From the NCBI RefSeq assembly GCF_000181795.1, contig NW_003526940.1:1840571-1878451 (forward strand): a stretch of 37,881 nt of DNA, written 5' to 3'. Made by a program: the position numbers and the translations under genes. The notes below the pieces were generated by a model. It saw only the letters and a program-made list of their open reading frames with translations. It had not been told where the DNA came from and did not search any database. The DNA is from Trichinella spiralis. Taxonomy: Eukaryota. Below are positions 36,916-37,881 of the stretch, piece after piece; position 1 is the first letter of the stretch; every line of letters begins with the position of its first letter.

Positions 36916-37881
36916 ATTTCTTAATTTAAATAAAACATGAGAAGAAAATCAGCAACTTTTGTGAAAAGAAAGAAGAGAGTAAAGATAAAATTCTCATCGA
37001 AGCCAGAAACATTTTCAGAGAACACTACAAGTGAAATCAGAAAATATGGCGATGCTAACATTAGGCAATCACCAATGCTAGTTTTAGCTGAAAACTGCAG
37101 GTGTGGACAATTTATTAATTGTAGACATTTTCTTTGTACTTAAATAGCCTTTAGTTACTAATCAGAACAATATCTGACAAACAGAAAATCATCTTATGCA
37201 TAAATCTCGTATACTTGCAAGCTAAAGCGTAATTTATCTTATGAGCAAAGCAACTAATGGTTGATCTTTTTTGAACAGTATTTATGTACTCAGTTTGATA
37301 AATGTAAAGCACTTTGAAGATGCCAACAAAGCGAAAGCAATAAATGGCACAAATGGAAAAAGCTGTTGATGTTTCTTCAGTTTATGACAGTCGACATAAC
37401 ATTCTTTGATATTGTCAGCATTTGTCACGTTGTTTGAATTACCCTTCTGTTGGCATCAGCAAAGGGTAATTGGCGAGACCACCAATATCTTTAATGATAG
37501 ATACGATGAAAAATCAAAATGAAATGTTAGAAAAGGGTTATTTTAATCAAAATTGACGGCCTTTAATGGTCTTCAATTTTTGCAGAATAGAAAAAATTTG
37601 ATTGACAGAGAACCGAAGGAAGTGATAAAAATTTCGATAGCTAGAAGTCAAACATTGAGGAAGCCTTCTCAACCGTTTAATGCTTATGTGAAAATTTGGA
37701 TTAATGGCTAGTCGGATGGTGAACATTTTACACAGCTTCAATGTCAAACAGAATTGCTAATTATCAATGCAAACGTTCTTTTCTTCAATTATGCCAAAGA
37801 ATATGAGACGAGGCAAGATTTGGCCTTCGTTAACTTCAGCAAATACTGTTGTTGTTGTTCAAAATTGATTAACATTCAGCG

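Overview
AT-rich eukaryotic genomic DNA with short (about 50-130 bp) spliceosomal introns and three 10-N scaffold gaps. It is most likely a Trichinella-type nematode, inferred from a DNase II (plancitoxin-like) gene whose two catalytic His residues are replaced. The left half holds a DNase II-like gene, an orphan inverted DNase II first exon, a RING/B-box/NHL-like gene, flightless-I, sterol O-acyltransferase and an AKAP10/RGS gene. The right half is transposon-rich and holds two intronless REEP/DP1 paralogs, one with a nonsense codon. Mobile DNA: a bounded Ginger-like integrase transposon plus an older fragment, a TTAA-flanked piggyBac derivative whose empty site is visible in a duplicated segment, a complete MULE with 9-bp TSD carrying about 1.2 kb of unexplained cargo, Gypsy integrase/LTR remnants and two MITE families. 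I found no clearly novel multi-gene system. The best leads are the cargo-bearing MULE, two GC-AG introns with an identical 14-nt donor context, and the DNase II observations. All calls come from manual reading; no searches were run.
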